Numbered from the whole stretch's first letter, positions 53,101 through 62,586 are shown. The stretch: 62,586 bases of DNA, filler included, from Pseudomonadota bacterium (GCA_043820105.1; 8 parts of 8 records of this genome joined end to end with filler, not necessarily neighbours in it), one strand, 5' to 3'. Notes: a model not told the origin generated them from the sequence alone. Program-made: numbers and translations.

Positions 53101-53580
53101 AACTAGCAAGGTCATTAGATGAAGCGCTTGAATTGAAGCTAGTCTTTTTTGAGTAATTTTTATTTGAGGAAAGGAATCCAAATAATAATTTACATATTCA
53201 CTGATTTCAGGAAACCTCGAATTTTTCAAACCTTGAAAGCAGGTCTCAGCCTCAGTAATATTACCACTATACAAAGCTTCTTCACAAACAAAAAGATTCG
53301 CCATATCAAATTGATTTGAATTTTTATAAATAAGCCTTAAGACATTAAAACCAAAATTTACTTCTTCAATAAAATCATTTTTTATAAGAAAGTCTATTCC
53401 TTCTCTAATGAAAATGGCCTTTAAATCGATATCTTCAATTGTGTGAGAAGCTTCAAGCATGGAATTAAGAAAATTATTTGCATCTTTTTGTAGTGGTGAG
53501 TGAAAAGAAAATGAAAACAGAGGAATAAGTAGAATAAAGCATATTGTTATTATTCTTGTTTTTGATATTAACATTTTCAT
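50146..53580 (-). CDS. Large secreted protein with hydrophobic mid-region and two degenerate GGDEF-like domains
   Basis: Signal peptide; FMFDKSG..DINR..GDRVL..RGDEVAIV and MLDLINFNVFNTVYGHDGGNVVM. Confidence 0.65.
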   Translation of the reverse strand: MKMLISKTRIITICFILLIPLFSFSFHSPLQKDANNFLNSMLEASHTIEDIDLKAIFIREGIDFLIKNDFIEEVNFGFNVLRLIYKNSNQFDMANLFVCEEALYSGNITEAETCFQGLKNSRFPEISEYVNYYLDSFPQIKITQKRLASIQALHLMTLLVVERSFLRIQHIMGENEEAALRRKRVLEKGFEKLIYALNVQAIAGLEEGIERFGEITSIKGQIDMQPYEGNRILQMIKDLGLSEAYENLVEYTNLENLIEREEKLFELINHLAPTVPFPPNQVPHNAVLEIIQILKRSQKQKEKAEVLEARMVTGDYTFWNISYPDFCQVMENLPKDVLITMAGAYPAGFLGRYVVARFSRLMVREIGSVLGVFDTTAQRAAKRLLPKAAGFLAESSIFFLVTSGIYSFKYDPREVFTWGNFAHTMAVLGAFKLGGLTFHKLGTTRLARLGIRFESNIIRNIGNASTRNKMILVKDSGIYLTNAAGSFATELTTMVGLNALEQMFHGTSEEDFHLRREILKAGTFLMALKAGMAAGQMTYDIASRPQTEAQRIEKLLSKRQSLTAEEFYMEKLSLLRLFERSVETIQQRQGLRELTESIALDSPGSEEALKLRADQTIDRVGVTMVQRGMFFELFEILSPARHNIPDNAEIGLFMFDKSGQTDINRTTSEAFGDRVLAENYFGVLNEISQRFNRYIRENGYQDAFAMTSNLNARGDEVAIVIHGLAQPVQIELMNRFLGEYTSGFDSSLPPVTRAYIAPKAFRCGAWFGRVTKLAPENGESIDRFLFKADTAAEEAEVGQVLVYKSGTAIEYRDIAEFSERITSDEIDARGHYEPKAKKPQEEMKRLRKQIAENENPVLVMDVVWRIGSRDILRGVIEAIKKKNYKGFGSIMLDLINFNVFNTVYGHDGGNVVMGGLTSAIMTMEANIKAKWQSRGVDIEVYMMRPDTFQIEIKGSRNLDPRTVDEISRDIIREFETATKAKLNGDNFIPLTRGIVIESKGRNPETFPELIEEAFDFMKRTWRSVDKQSNRPTLQRWETSSRAKNILYGRLERTTNILVNYLKKGGLLRDPMTGQRVEDPIMQELCDYLEIDPVAHTDLKGRDIADLTFHFRFQKPKIIGDIIKWIESHNSSFDSKFDSQYMPKD

Positions 53581-53737
53581 GGTATACGATGTTCCCTATA
53601 ATCTTTTTTACCCTTAATCAGTATATTAAGCAACTTGTATGGCAAAGGCATCTTTTTGCTTTTTCCATATACAATCAACAACTTAAGCCAAACCATCTCA
53701 AAATATTATGTTTAAATAGCAAAAATTGTGCCTTTTT

Positions 53738-55507
53738 CTAATAAACATATTTACTTGCCCAGCCTAGGTCAACTGTCCCATCGCCATCTTCATCATATGC
53801 AGTGCCAATTTCTGTGCCTTCTGAATCATAATCATTTATTATAATATAATCAGCATTACCATCAGCATCATCGTCTTGTTCTCTGTAAATGTTATTTCCA
53901 TTTCCATCATATTCCCAGATTTCAATATAATCTATCGTACCATCAGCATCTGTGTCTTTTGTTTTTCTTATCTTATTATTATCAGAATCATATTCATAGG
54001 TTTCTATTTTATCATTAACACCATCACCATTGGTATCATTTATGCTTGAAGTATTGTTTCCAAATTCATCAAAAGTGTAGTAATTAATATAATCAAAAGA
54101 GCCATCACCATTGCTATCATTTGCTGATGTAATCTTGTTGTTATAAGAGTCGTATTCGTAAAATGATATGCTTTCAGGATTTCCATCCCCATCTTCGTCA
54201 ACCTCGCGCCCAATTACATTTCCAGAAGCATCATAACTTGTGGATTTAATATATTCATATATTCCATCACCATCGTTGTCTCTTAAATAGGCAATTTCCT
54301 TACCACTATTATTTCGCATATAGAGCTGAGAGTATTCATAATCTCCATCTCCATCTCTATCAATTGCATTTCTGATAATTTTGCCATTATAATCATAATC
54401 ATTAACTTCTATTTTATTTGCAACTCCATCGCCATCTGAATCAGTTTCAATTCTGGTTTTATTAGTGTCTGCATTGTATTCAGTTGTCTTAATATAATCT
54501 ACAACTCCATCACCATTTGAATCTTGTTCATATTTAGTTTCATCACCATTTGAATTGTATTCATAAGTTTTTGTCTCATCAACGTTCCCATCAGCATCAG
54601 AATCCAGGTTGTAGTTTAGAATTTGGCCAAATTCATCATGTTCATAGGTTATTATTCTTTCCATAATTCCATCACAATCATAATCTGTTTCACTTTTTGA
54701 ATCATAATTATTAACATCATATTCAAAATAAAAACAGGCATCTAAAGTTCCATCAGCATTGTAATCTTCAGCATGATCAATTGTATTTCCATTTGAATCA
54801 TATGTATAATATTCAATGTAATCAATAACTCCATCCATATCCATGTCCTCAGCAGATACTATTAGATTTCCATCTGAGTCGTATTCTCTAGACCATGTAT
54901 TATCAATAATACCGTCTGCTTCATTATCTTCTTCATAGTTAATCAAATTTCCATTTGAATCATATTCATAAGTTTCAGTAAAATCCAGAATACCATCAAG
55001 ATCATAATCACCACCTGCATACACAATATTATCATTTTCATCATACTCTTCAAAGTCAATACCTGTAACAGTAGTATCATCCAACACAGCACCTTCATAA
55101 GAATAATATACTAGTCTAAAAACACCTTGCTCAAGAATTTGAAATTGCTCAATAAAGCTTGTTTCTAAAATTTCTTCTTCTAGAATTATATCTTCTTCAG
55201 AAGTAGAAGGCTCTTCACTTGATGCTTCAGGCAGTTCTGGTTCAGTTGAAGGATCAGAATCACTAAGATCTTCAGTGCCAGGTTCATCATTTATAACAGC
55301 TTCTTCCTGGCTTGAAATATCTTCTAGTTCATCGCTAGAGGAGGCATTTGTTGCTATCACTTCCTCAGAATCATCGATCGAAGCAACAATAATTTGAACA
55401 TTATCTTGATTATTATCTTGTAAATCTTCACCAAGGCATGACAAAAATAAAACAGGAAGCATAAGATTTATTAGAATTACGATTAGAATGCTCTGAATTT
55501 TCTTCAT
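53738..55507 (-). CDS. Lipoprotein with ~27-aa YD/DxDGD repeats
   Basis: LFLSC lipobox-like; acidic linker; more than 14 units of YxYDxxGN...DxxxDGxxD. Confidence 0.8.
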   Translation of the reverse strand: MKKIQSILIVILINLMLPVLFLSCLGEDLQDNNQDNVQIIVASIDDSEEVIATNASSSDELEDISSQEEAVINDEPGTEDLSDSDPSTEPELPEASSEEPSTSEEDIILEEEILETSFIEQFQILEQGVFRLVYYSYEGAVLDDTTVTGIDFEEYDENDNIVYAGGDYDLDGILDFTETYEYDSNGNLINYEEDNEADGIIDNTWSREYDSDGNLIVSAEDMDMDGVIDYIEYYTYDSNGNTIDHAEDYNADGTLDACFYFEYDVNNYDSKSETDYDCDGIMERIITYEHDEFGQILNYNLDSDADGNVDETKTYEYNSNGDETKYEQDSNGDGVVDYIKTTEYNADTNKTRIETDSDGDGVANKIEVNDYDYNGKIIRNAIDRDGDGDYEYSQLYMRNNSGKEIAYLRDNDGDGIYEYIKSTSYDASGNVIGREVDEDGDGNPESISFYEYDSYNNKITSANDSNGDGSFDYINYYTFDEFGNNTSSINDTNGDGVNDKIETYEYDSDNNKIRKTKDTDADGTIDYIEIWEYDGNGNNIYREQDDDADGNADYIIINDYDSEGTEIGTAYDEDGDGTVDLGWASKYVY

Positions 55508-55552
55508 TTTCTCCTCCAAATATCTTAAAATAAAAATTCATTTTAAGATATA

Positions 55553-55567
55553 GCAAGAGCTATACCA
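55553..55567 (-). promoter_or_regulatory. Sigma-54 promoter
   Basis: TGGTAT-AGCTC-TTGC. Confidence 0.65.
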
Positions 55568-55742
55568 CAAACTCTCCAAGATGTTTTTTCATTTATTATT
55601 AGTCACTTATGATTTGAATAAATTATTTTATAATTACAAGTGTGGTGTTTTTACATTCAGGAAGCTAAAGGTTCGTCTTGTGGTTTTTTTCTTTGAAAGA
55701 AAAAAATAAGTTATTTCCTTTTTGCTATATCAAGCTAGAAAT

Positions 55743-57860
55743 TTAATGCCTATTTGAGAATTCTTCGTCAATTTCTTCAATTGCTTTTTCATAAAACACT
55801 ATTTCATCCTGAGGCACTCGTGTATGCTGGATGATAGCCTCCATGACCCTTCTTCCTTTTGCAAGTTCATCTCTTTGTAGCTTTGGAATCAGCTCAGTAT
55901 AAATCCAACATGCATTAATCTTAAACTCGCTCCTTGATTTCATTAGTTTTCTTAGATCTCTTGCTGCCAAAGCTTGTTCTTCGTTTGAAAAGTTATTTAG
56001 CCGTAATCTGTAAGATTGAAAAATAAGCTGCATGGTATAAAAAGTATATTTTTTACTTCTAAACTTGACCCTCAATTCCTTTGCAATTTTATCGCCTCTT
56101 TCAAAGTCAAAATTCTTTGGATGTTTTTGTATTGCCCATAATGATAAGATTTGCAGTCTTTCATTATCAGAATTAAGCCAATCAAGCCATCTGTCAATTT
56201 CAGTATCAGGCAAAGAGTAGGGAGTGAAAACAAATCCAAAAAGATTTGAGTAAGTAATTTGTGCAAAATATTTAACATTTTCTGAAACCATATTATCATC
56301 AATTAGATTCCCAATTAAAACAACAATTGAATCCTCATCATCATTGAAATAAGAAGAAATCCCTGGATAAGAGTAACTATTTGAGTTAATATATTCAAGC
56401 AATTTTTCCCAAACACCAACAAACTCAACATGCTCAAGCATGAAATCATTAATTGTTACTATGGCTAGATCCCAATTATTTAATAATAGCTCATATAAAA
56501 TTTTTGCAAAGGCCAGGGTTTTTAATAATCTCGCTCCTTGACTATAAAGCCTTAAATTATCACCTTCATTATAAACATCATCAAACAATGATTTGGCTTC
56601 AAAAATCAAAACATCAACAGGCACTTTTTCAATGATCTGCATATATATATTTATAGAATTATTTTTTTCGCATTCTGTTTCTATTTTAAAAAAGTCCTTA
56701 AGCACTTCTAAAAAAGGAATTTGCAATTCAATTGGCAAGGAATCTAGCATTCCCCTGAACATTTTAAGATTTCTAAAGCGCTGATTCAGATCACCTGTTG
56801 ATATTCTTTCCTTTATTATTTCAAGACGATCTTCAATTGGATATGAAAGCTGCGAAATATCATTCATTACTGCATATCGATTTGTTGTTATAAATGAATT
56901 CTTCTGCCAATCAATTATCATTACAGTTGGGAATGCTGGCGCATTCCAAGCTTGCGCAATTTCTTCATTGTGGGTTCTCAAGAAAAGAAATTGTCCTTTT
57001 GAATTTTCAGAAAGATCATCAAAAAAAGGAGCATAATCCTTACAAGGGCCACACCAGGTTGCTGAAAAAGTAACAATTGCATATTGCCCAGGTTTTAAGG
57101 TATCAAGCTGAGAATTAAAATCAGCTTCACTTTCCACTTCAATAACTAAGCGAGAAAAAGCATCTTCACCATTTAATTCATAACCCACATTTGGAACAAA
57201 ACGAGGAAAAGACTGAACCTGTTCCTTTTCAATAACAAAGGCAAATCTTTCCTGCCAATTTATAAGCCCATCATTATTTAAATCAGGCACATCCTCTGAC
57301 CAAAAATAAGGAGTAAAATTATTACAACAAACAGATTCTATTTCACTTCCTGATGAAATAAACAGAGTTCTTTGCTTATTTAAAAAAAGAGGAGCCCAAT
57401 TTCCAGAATAACATTGGTCCATGATTATCGTTCTTTGTTTATAAGAAAATGAATTAAATACTTCTAAAACTTCAAATGAATAAACACCATCTTTTAAAAC
57501 CAGCAAAGGAATGTTTTCATGCAATCGACCATGGCCTGTTGTGTATATCAAAAGCTCATCATTCATTGTTAAGTTTTCTAAGATTTCCTTAGCAACAGTC
57601 CTTAAGCTTTCCAAAGAGTCAGCAAAAAAAATATTAAATCCCAAAGCCCTAAGAACAGATTTTGCCTTATCAATGTTTTCTTGATGCCTCTTTTCCCAAT
57701 CTCCATTAACAAGCAAGGCGTATTTTTTTGATTCAATTAAAGATTCAACTTTTTCTTGCTCATTAACACCAGCAAAAATCGAGTTTTGAAGAAACAATGA
57801 CATGAAAACTAAGATTATAAAAAAATAATAGCTTAATAAATTTGGTTTAATTTTAATCAT
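55743..57860 (-). CDS. Secreted clan CD-like cysteine peptidase-thioredoxin-helical fusion
   Basis: YTTGHG and IMDQCYSG His/Cys motifs; DLNNDGLINWQE loop; FSATWCGPCK. Confidence 0.75.
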   Translation of the reverse strand: MIKIKPNLLSYYFFIILVFMSLFLQNSIFAGVNEQEKVESLIESKKYALLVNGDWEKRHQENIDKAKSVLRALGFNIFFADSLESLRTVAKEILENLTMNDELLIYTTGHGRLHENIPLLVLKDGVYSFEVLEVFNSFSYKQRTIIMDQCYSGNWAPLFLNKQRTLFISSGSEIESVCCNNFTPYFWSEDVPDLNNDGLINWQERFAFVIEKEQVQSFPRFVPNVGYELNGEDAFSRLVIEVESEADFNSQLDTLKPGQYAIVTFSATWCGPCKDYAPFFDDLSENSKGQFLFLRTHNEEIAQAWNAPAFPTVMIIDWQKNSFITTNRYAVMNDISQLSYPIEDRLEIIKERISTGDLNQRFRNLKMFRGMLDSLPIELQIPFLEVLKDFFKIETECEKNNSINIYMQIIEKVPVDVLIFEAKSLFDDVYNEGDNLRLYSQGARLLKTLAFAKILYELLLNNWDLAIVTINDFMLEHVEFVGVWEKLLEYINSNSYSYPGISSYFNDDEDSIVVLIGNLIDDNMVSENVKYFAQITYSNLFGFVFTPYSLPDTEIDRWLDWLNSDNERLQILSLWAIQKHPKNFDFERGDKIAKELRVKFRSKKYTFYTMQLIFQSYRLRLNNFSNEEQALAARDLRKLMKSRSEFKINACWIYTELIPKLQRDELAKGRRVMEAIIQHTRVPQDEIVFYEKAIEEIDEEFSNRH

Positions 57861-57899
57861 CTGGTTCCATAACTATCAATTCAATTGCACTAAAAGCAT

Positions 57900-57914
57900 G
57901 CATAATTCATGCCA
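57900..57914 (-). promoter_or_regulatory. Sigma-54-like promoter
   Basis: TGGCAT-GAATT-ATGC. Confidence 0.55.
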
Positions 57915-58304
57915 TTTAAAAAAAGATCAAAGGCAATGTTTTCAATATATTAGAGAAAAGTACATGTTGTGATAATTATTATTTTGGGACAGTTTTGTCT
58001 TTTTACTTAGATTTGTTTGATATTGATAGAATTCAAGTCTTAATTTTTAAGCATCATTTTACTAAATGCAATTCAATAAACTTTATTATTTGTCATTCCT
58101 TTGAATTTTGAAATAGAATTCATGGGAGATCCTTTATATTTGACCTGGAGTTCTACAAAAAATGGTGTCTTTATTTAATACGGTACTTTTTCTCTTGTAC
58201 CAACTAAAAAGTTTTAGAAACTCAAAAAATAAAATCAATGTTGATATTTCCATTGTTTATATGCTAGTATTCTCCAGTTATTTAATTATTTCCGGGGAAA
58301 TAAT

Positions 58305-58607
58305 ATGCCTGACAAAGTGCCTTTAGATGAAAATATAAATAAAAAGACTTTTAAGCAGACATTTAAAAGAAATGGAATCGATAGAAGAACTCAGCAAAGA
58401 AGAGTGAAGGAACGCAGGAAATTAGATGCTGATCAACTAAATAAAGAAAGAAGAGATAAAGACAGAAGAGCTCAGGATCGCAGAGCTAATGAAAGGCGAG
58501 CTAAAGCCCCTCATTATAATGCAACTGATAAAAATTTCATAATTAAAACAATAACATCATTTTTTTCAGTTTTAGTTGATAATTTCATTTATTTTGCACC
58601 GAAATAA
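58305..58607 (+). CDS. Arg-rich (D/E)RR-repeat protein, in frame with the next ORF
   Basis: DRR..QRR..ERR..ERR..DRR..DRR..ERR; TAA immediately followed by in-frame TTG. Confidence 0.6.
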   Translation: MPDKVPLDENINKKTFKQTFKRNGIDRRTQQRRVKERRKLDADQLNKERRDKDRRAQDRRANERRAKAPHYNATDKNFIIKTITSFFSVLVDNFIYFAPK

Positions 58608-59705
58608 TTGGTTAGATTGCTTTTTGATAATTATACCTATGGTTTTGTGGTTCATCCCCGAAGAATCAGAGATCTTAACAAGCACTTTCCATTATTAAAA
58701 TTCCTTCCAAAATCTCTTTTAGAAAAATGGTATGAATTTCAAGTTCCATTTAGATTCAGCAAAATAGACGGACTCCAAAGCAAAGAAGGAGATAAGATCA
58801 AAGGAATTAGTATATGTATTCCCCTCATACCAACTAAAATGAAAAGAAATGAAACCCTTGCTCAAAAGAAAATAGTTGATGCAATTAAAATGATGGATAA
58901 ATTAGGTGTACAAATAGTGGGCCTTGGAGCTTTTACTTCAATTGTAACAAATGACGGAAAAACTATTGCTGATAAAGTTAATCCCTTTGTTACAACAGGC
59001 AATGCATTCTCAGTTGCTGCTGCTTGCCAAAACATAATATCTTTATCAGAAAACACTGGGATTAATTACAAAGAAAAAATAATGTCCATTGTAGGGGCAG
59101 CAGGATCAGTTGGATCAGGTTGCGTTTGGTTCTTCTCAGATAAAGTTAAACAGTTAAGGCTCATTGATATTAATGAAAAAGAACTCAATAATCTTGAAGA
59201 TAAAATTAAAATTGAAAAACCTGAAAGTAATGTAGCTAAATGCACAATCAAAGATGTAAAAACTTCTGATTTAGTTATAGTAGCAACAAACGCAGCTGGT
59301 ACAATATTGGATATTGATAATTTTAAAAAGGGTGCCCTGGTTGTGGATTGCGCTCAACCCAGAAATGTTTCTTCTTTAATTTCTAATGACAGACCTGATG
59401 TTATTGTCGTAGATTCTGCTTATATCCAAATCCCTGACTTGAATTTTGGATATGACATTGGAAATATAAATCCAAATGAAGTCCCGGGCTGTTTGGGTGA
59501 AGTTATGCTTTTATCAAAATATAATTATAAAAATATTAATGATATAACTATGAAGTGTATAGGAAAACCAGAGTTAAAACAATTTTTAGAAACAATTGAT
59601 ATGGCAGAAGAATCTGGATTTAAATTAGCTTATTACAGAAATGCATCAGGCTATGTTGATGAAAAGCAGTTAAATAATATTAAAGATTTAAATAAAGCTA
59701 AATAG
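58608..59705 (+). CDS. Shikimate dehydrogenase-like / acyl-ACP reductase-like NAD(P) oxidoreductase
   Basis: GFVVHP, VGLGAFTSIV, VTTGNA, VGAAGSVG, VVDCAQPRNV, PGCLGE. Confidence 0.75.
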   Translation: MVRLLFDNYTYGFVVHPRRIRDLNKHFPLLKFLPKSLLEKWYEFQVPFRFSKIDGLQSKEGDKIKGISICIPLIPTKMKRNETLAQKKIVDAIKMMDKLGVQIVGLGAFTSIVTNDGKTIADKVNPFVTTGNAFSVAAACQNIISLSENTGINYKEKIMSIVGAAGSVGSGCVWFFSDKVKQLRLIDINEKELNNLEDKIKIEKPESNVAKCTIKDVKTSDLVIVATNAAGTILDIDNFKKGALVVDCAQPRNVSSLISNDRPDVIVVDSAYIQIPDLNFGYDIGNINPNEVPGCLGEVMLLSKYNYKNINDITMKCIGKPELKQFLETIDMAEESGFKLAYYRNASGYVDEKQLNNIKDLNKAK

Positions 59706-59765
59706 ATTCAAATTATAATAATTACTTTTAAATGAACTAAAAAGACTGTAATAGTTGAGCAATAT

Positions 59766-60245
59766 ATGATAGAAAAAAAAGACCTCACTAAAATGGAATT
59801 AAGCACACGGGTTTTAAAATCCGTTTTTGTTTATATAAGAAGAGAATATGGTGTTGATGAGCTCAGCTCGTTTACCCAAAAACTTTCATTACCCTTTGAT
59901 TATTTAAGAGATGAAAACAATTGGGTTTCCTGGAAGTTTTATAAAGAATTTTTAAATGAACTGGTTTCTTTTACTTCCGATCCTGAAAGCCCTTATAAAG
60001 CTGGACTATATGCTGCTTCCAAGGATGTATGGGGTAGCTTTTTCTTTATTTTTAAGCTTTTAAAATCAACCAGAATTATAGCTTCCCCGAAAAGTGTCTT
60101 TAAAAAGGTAGTTGAAACTAACTCTAAATTTAATAAATCAGCAAGCTGGGATATAATAAATTCAACAGACAAATCGATAAAATTAAAGATATTATGGAAT
60201 AATGATTTCAAAGCTGACAAAAATTGCTGCATAAACAGACAATAG
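59766..60245 (+). pseudogene. N-terminal sensor-like domain truncated next to an IS110 left end
   Basis: YLRDENNWVS motif recalled from signalling-protein N-termini; ORF stops where the IS110-like noncoding end begins. Confidence 0.5.
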
Positions 60246-60390
60246 TTTCATAGTGCCATTATAATGAAAAGCATCTCTCGCTTCTGTATAAATTGTTGTA
60301 TAACAATATTATTATTAAGATACAAGAAGGAGAGACGCAATGAATAGTTATATTGGAGCAGATTTGCATTCAAAGTCAATAACTTTTTCA
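60246..60390 (+). mobile_element. IS110-family left end and transposase start
   Basis: AAGGAG RBS, ATG at 60340: MNSYIGADLHSKSITFS (DEDD N-terminus); long hairpin 60271-60338; TATAAT at 60260. Confidence 0.75.
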
Positions 60391-60490
60391 NNNNNNNNNN
60401 NNNNNNNNNNNNNNNNNNNNNNNNNNNNNNNNNNTTAATTAATTAANNNNNNNNNNNNNNNNNNNNNNNNNNNNNNNNNNNNNNNNNNNN

Positions 60491-62586
60491 ATTATCTTTA
60501 TTAAAAAGAATGCTTGGATTTTCATGTGATAAAAGATCTGAGATGTAATCTAGTTGTGCCTCATAGTGCTTTTTAATATCATCATTCAGGATTTCATCAT
60601 ATTCTGTAAACAAGGCTTTGTTTTCTTCATAGACTTCTTTATATCTTTTATAAGTTTTATCTATTTCATTTAACTTTTTGTAGATATCAGGATCTTTTAT
60701 TGTGTCTTTTTCTTTTAAAAGTAATTTGCAGCTTAAAGCAGTGTTAAGAATTGGTTTGTTTATGTCATGCATGTATTTTGATATAGTCTCTCTTCCCTGT
60801 TTTGATATTGACCGGGATCTTTTCTTGAAGTAGTTTTGAATATCTTTCAAAATCACCTGCTCAAGATCTGTTTTATTGATGTCTGGTGAAAAAGAGCCTG
60901 TTGCCTTGCATTTTGAAGCTTTTTCTAAAAGACTTTCTGAATCCGTATCTGAGCTAAGATATAATAAAGTTTTGTCATTTTTTTCTCTTAATAGTTTTAG
61001 TAAGTCTTCACCCAGCATGCTTTCAGGTTCTAGGTGATTGTCACTGATAACTATATCAGGCTTTTTGAGACTAAATTCCTTTAAAGCCTCATTTGGAGAG
61101 GTATATAGAGAAATTGAATAGGAATAGTCTATTAAGATTTCTTCAAGCAAAGACTGAATATAATTTCCTGTAATGAAATTATCATCAACAATAAAAATGA
61201 TCAGTTCTTCCTTCTTGCTCTTAGGTTTCTTTATATGCTGCCTGCCTTTTTCAAAACCGGCTTTATTTAAACCTTCATATATAAAGTCAATGAGCTGATC
61301 AGTTGAAAGTGGTTTGCTTGCATAAGCTTTTGCTCCAAGATCATAGGCATGCTGAATTTCTTCATCTAGATAACGGTTTGAATGAACCAAGCAGCTTAGC
61401 TTAAGTTTCTGCTTTTTAACTTCCTCAAGAAAATCATAACCATTTTTATCTTCATTTAAATCAATATCAACAATAGCAAATTCAATATTTTCTTTTTTAA
61501 CAAGTTCTATACACTCATCAACTTTGTCAGCATCATACAGTATTAGTAGTTTTGAAAGAGTTTCATTTGTTTCAATGGCGTTTCTTACGAAAGCTCTGTA
61601 AAGAGTTTCATCTTCTAATAATACAACTTTAATTTTAGCATGTGTAGATAGAAAATTTAACTTTTTATCAAGATATTCTTCATTAGGTTCATATTTAACA
61701 AAAAGGATTTCATCAGAGTTTTTAGGCAAGATGTTAATGTTATGCTTTTCTTTTTCAACTGAAGCTGGGATGGTGATTACGAATTCAACACCAGTTTTGT
61801 ATTCAGTATTCGGTGTTTGGTATTCTGTATTTGATTGGTTTACATTTTCTGCTGTATCCATGTTCTCTTGTTCCCTTGTTCCCTTGTTCTCTTCACAATT
61901 CCTTGCCTCTATGGTTCCCTCATGCAAAGTAACAATCTTATTAGCTGATGCAAGCCCAAGTCCAGTTCCAGATTTCTTACCTTTTGTGAAAAATGATTCA
62001 AAAAGGTTTGGGATATCGTCCTCTTTGAAATGTGGACCATTGTTACCAATTACAATTTCAACAAAGCCTTTTTCATCTTTAAATACATCTTTAGTTTTCA
62101 ACCAGATTAAGCTTGTAGCTTGAAGGTGGTGGCTTGTAGGGTTCCCTGTTATTTCTTGCTGATTGCTGAAAGCTAAAGTCTGATAGCTTTTCAAAGCTTC
62201 AATCCCATTCCCAATAATGTTAGCAAAAACTCTTGCCATTCGTTCATCATCTAAAAGGGCTTTATATTTATTATTGAGTTCATATTCAAAGTTTATTGTT
62301 ACATCTTTATATGTTTGTATTGCTTGCCTAATTGAAAAATCAAGCAAGCTTGCAATTGCCTCAGGCTTTGTTTCAAGTTTCACTTCTCTTGAAAAATCAA
62401 GAATATCAGAAATCATCTTTTCAACATGGATTATAGTCTGATCAACAGTGATTTTAGCTTTTTCAAGTGCTTTTGGGTCTTTTTTAAACTTGTCTAGCAT
62501 ATTCAGAAGAGATTTCATGCTTGTAAAGGGCTTGCGAACATCGTGAGCTAACATTTGTGTAGTTTGGCCAATTGCTGCGAGTTTGG
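60491..62586 (-). CDS. Hybrid histidine kinase, paralogue of 31333..34299 (partial at both ends)
   Basis: LAAIGQTTQMLAHDVRKPF; same HATPase-REC-REC-HDINKP layout; frame open beyond the window end. Confidence 0.9.

Noticed and set aside
53630-53644. Sigma-54 promoter for the GGDEF-like protein
   Set aside because: Reads TGCCAT-N5-TTGC and lacks the invariant -24 GG.

Overview
AT-rich metagenome-bin window made of 8 unrelated contigs joined by 100-bp N/TTAATTAATTAA linkers (4175-4274, 10592-10691, 18817-18916, 23312-23411, 26269-26368, 49438-49537, 60391-60490), so synteny holds only within a contig. Most contigs look like a deltaproteobacteria-like organism (Bdellovibrionota/Myxococcota-like): three type IV pilins, a TIGR04552-like protein, sigma-54 promoters ahead of orphan secreted proteins. 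Contig 18917-23311 looks archaeal and may be misbinned. Recognisable content: a disrupted type II Zorya locus, fused PreT-PreA dihydropyrimidine dehydrogenase, LemA/DUF3137, ino1, motAB, pepT, a USP, tRNA-Leu(CAA), and IS remnants (IS66, IS630, IS1634, IS21, IS110, Y1/RAYT). The main candidates for new biology are: (1) a tRNA-adjacent cluster of methyltransferase, B12-dependent radical SAM enzyme, an unannotated 17-aa peptide (MKKKETIKIIRKPFCQG), an orphan peptide-binding protein, a hybrid kinase and a sigma-54 regulator, resembling a modified-peptide signalling circuit; (2) families of degenerate 7/8-mer arrays that bracket a four-helix-bundle gene as inverted arms, sit just upstream of many RBSs, and also occur in frame inside two histidine kinases; (3) two related orphan CxxG-repeat RiPP-like precursors; (4) a start-less pilin fragment next to full pilin paralogues. 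All family assignments are by eye from motifs; no database search was run.
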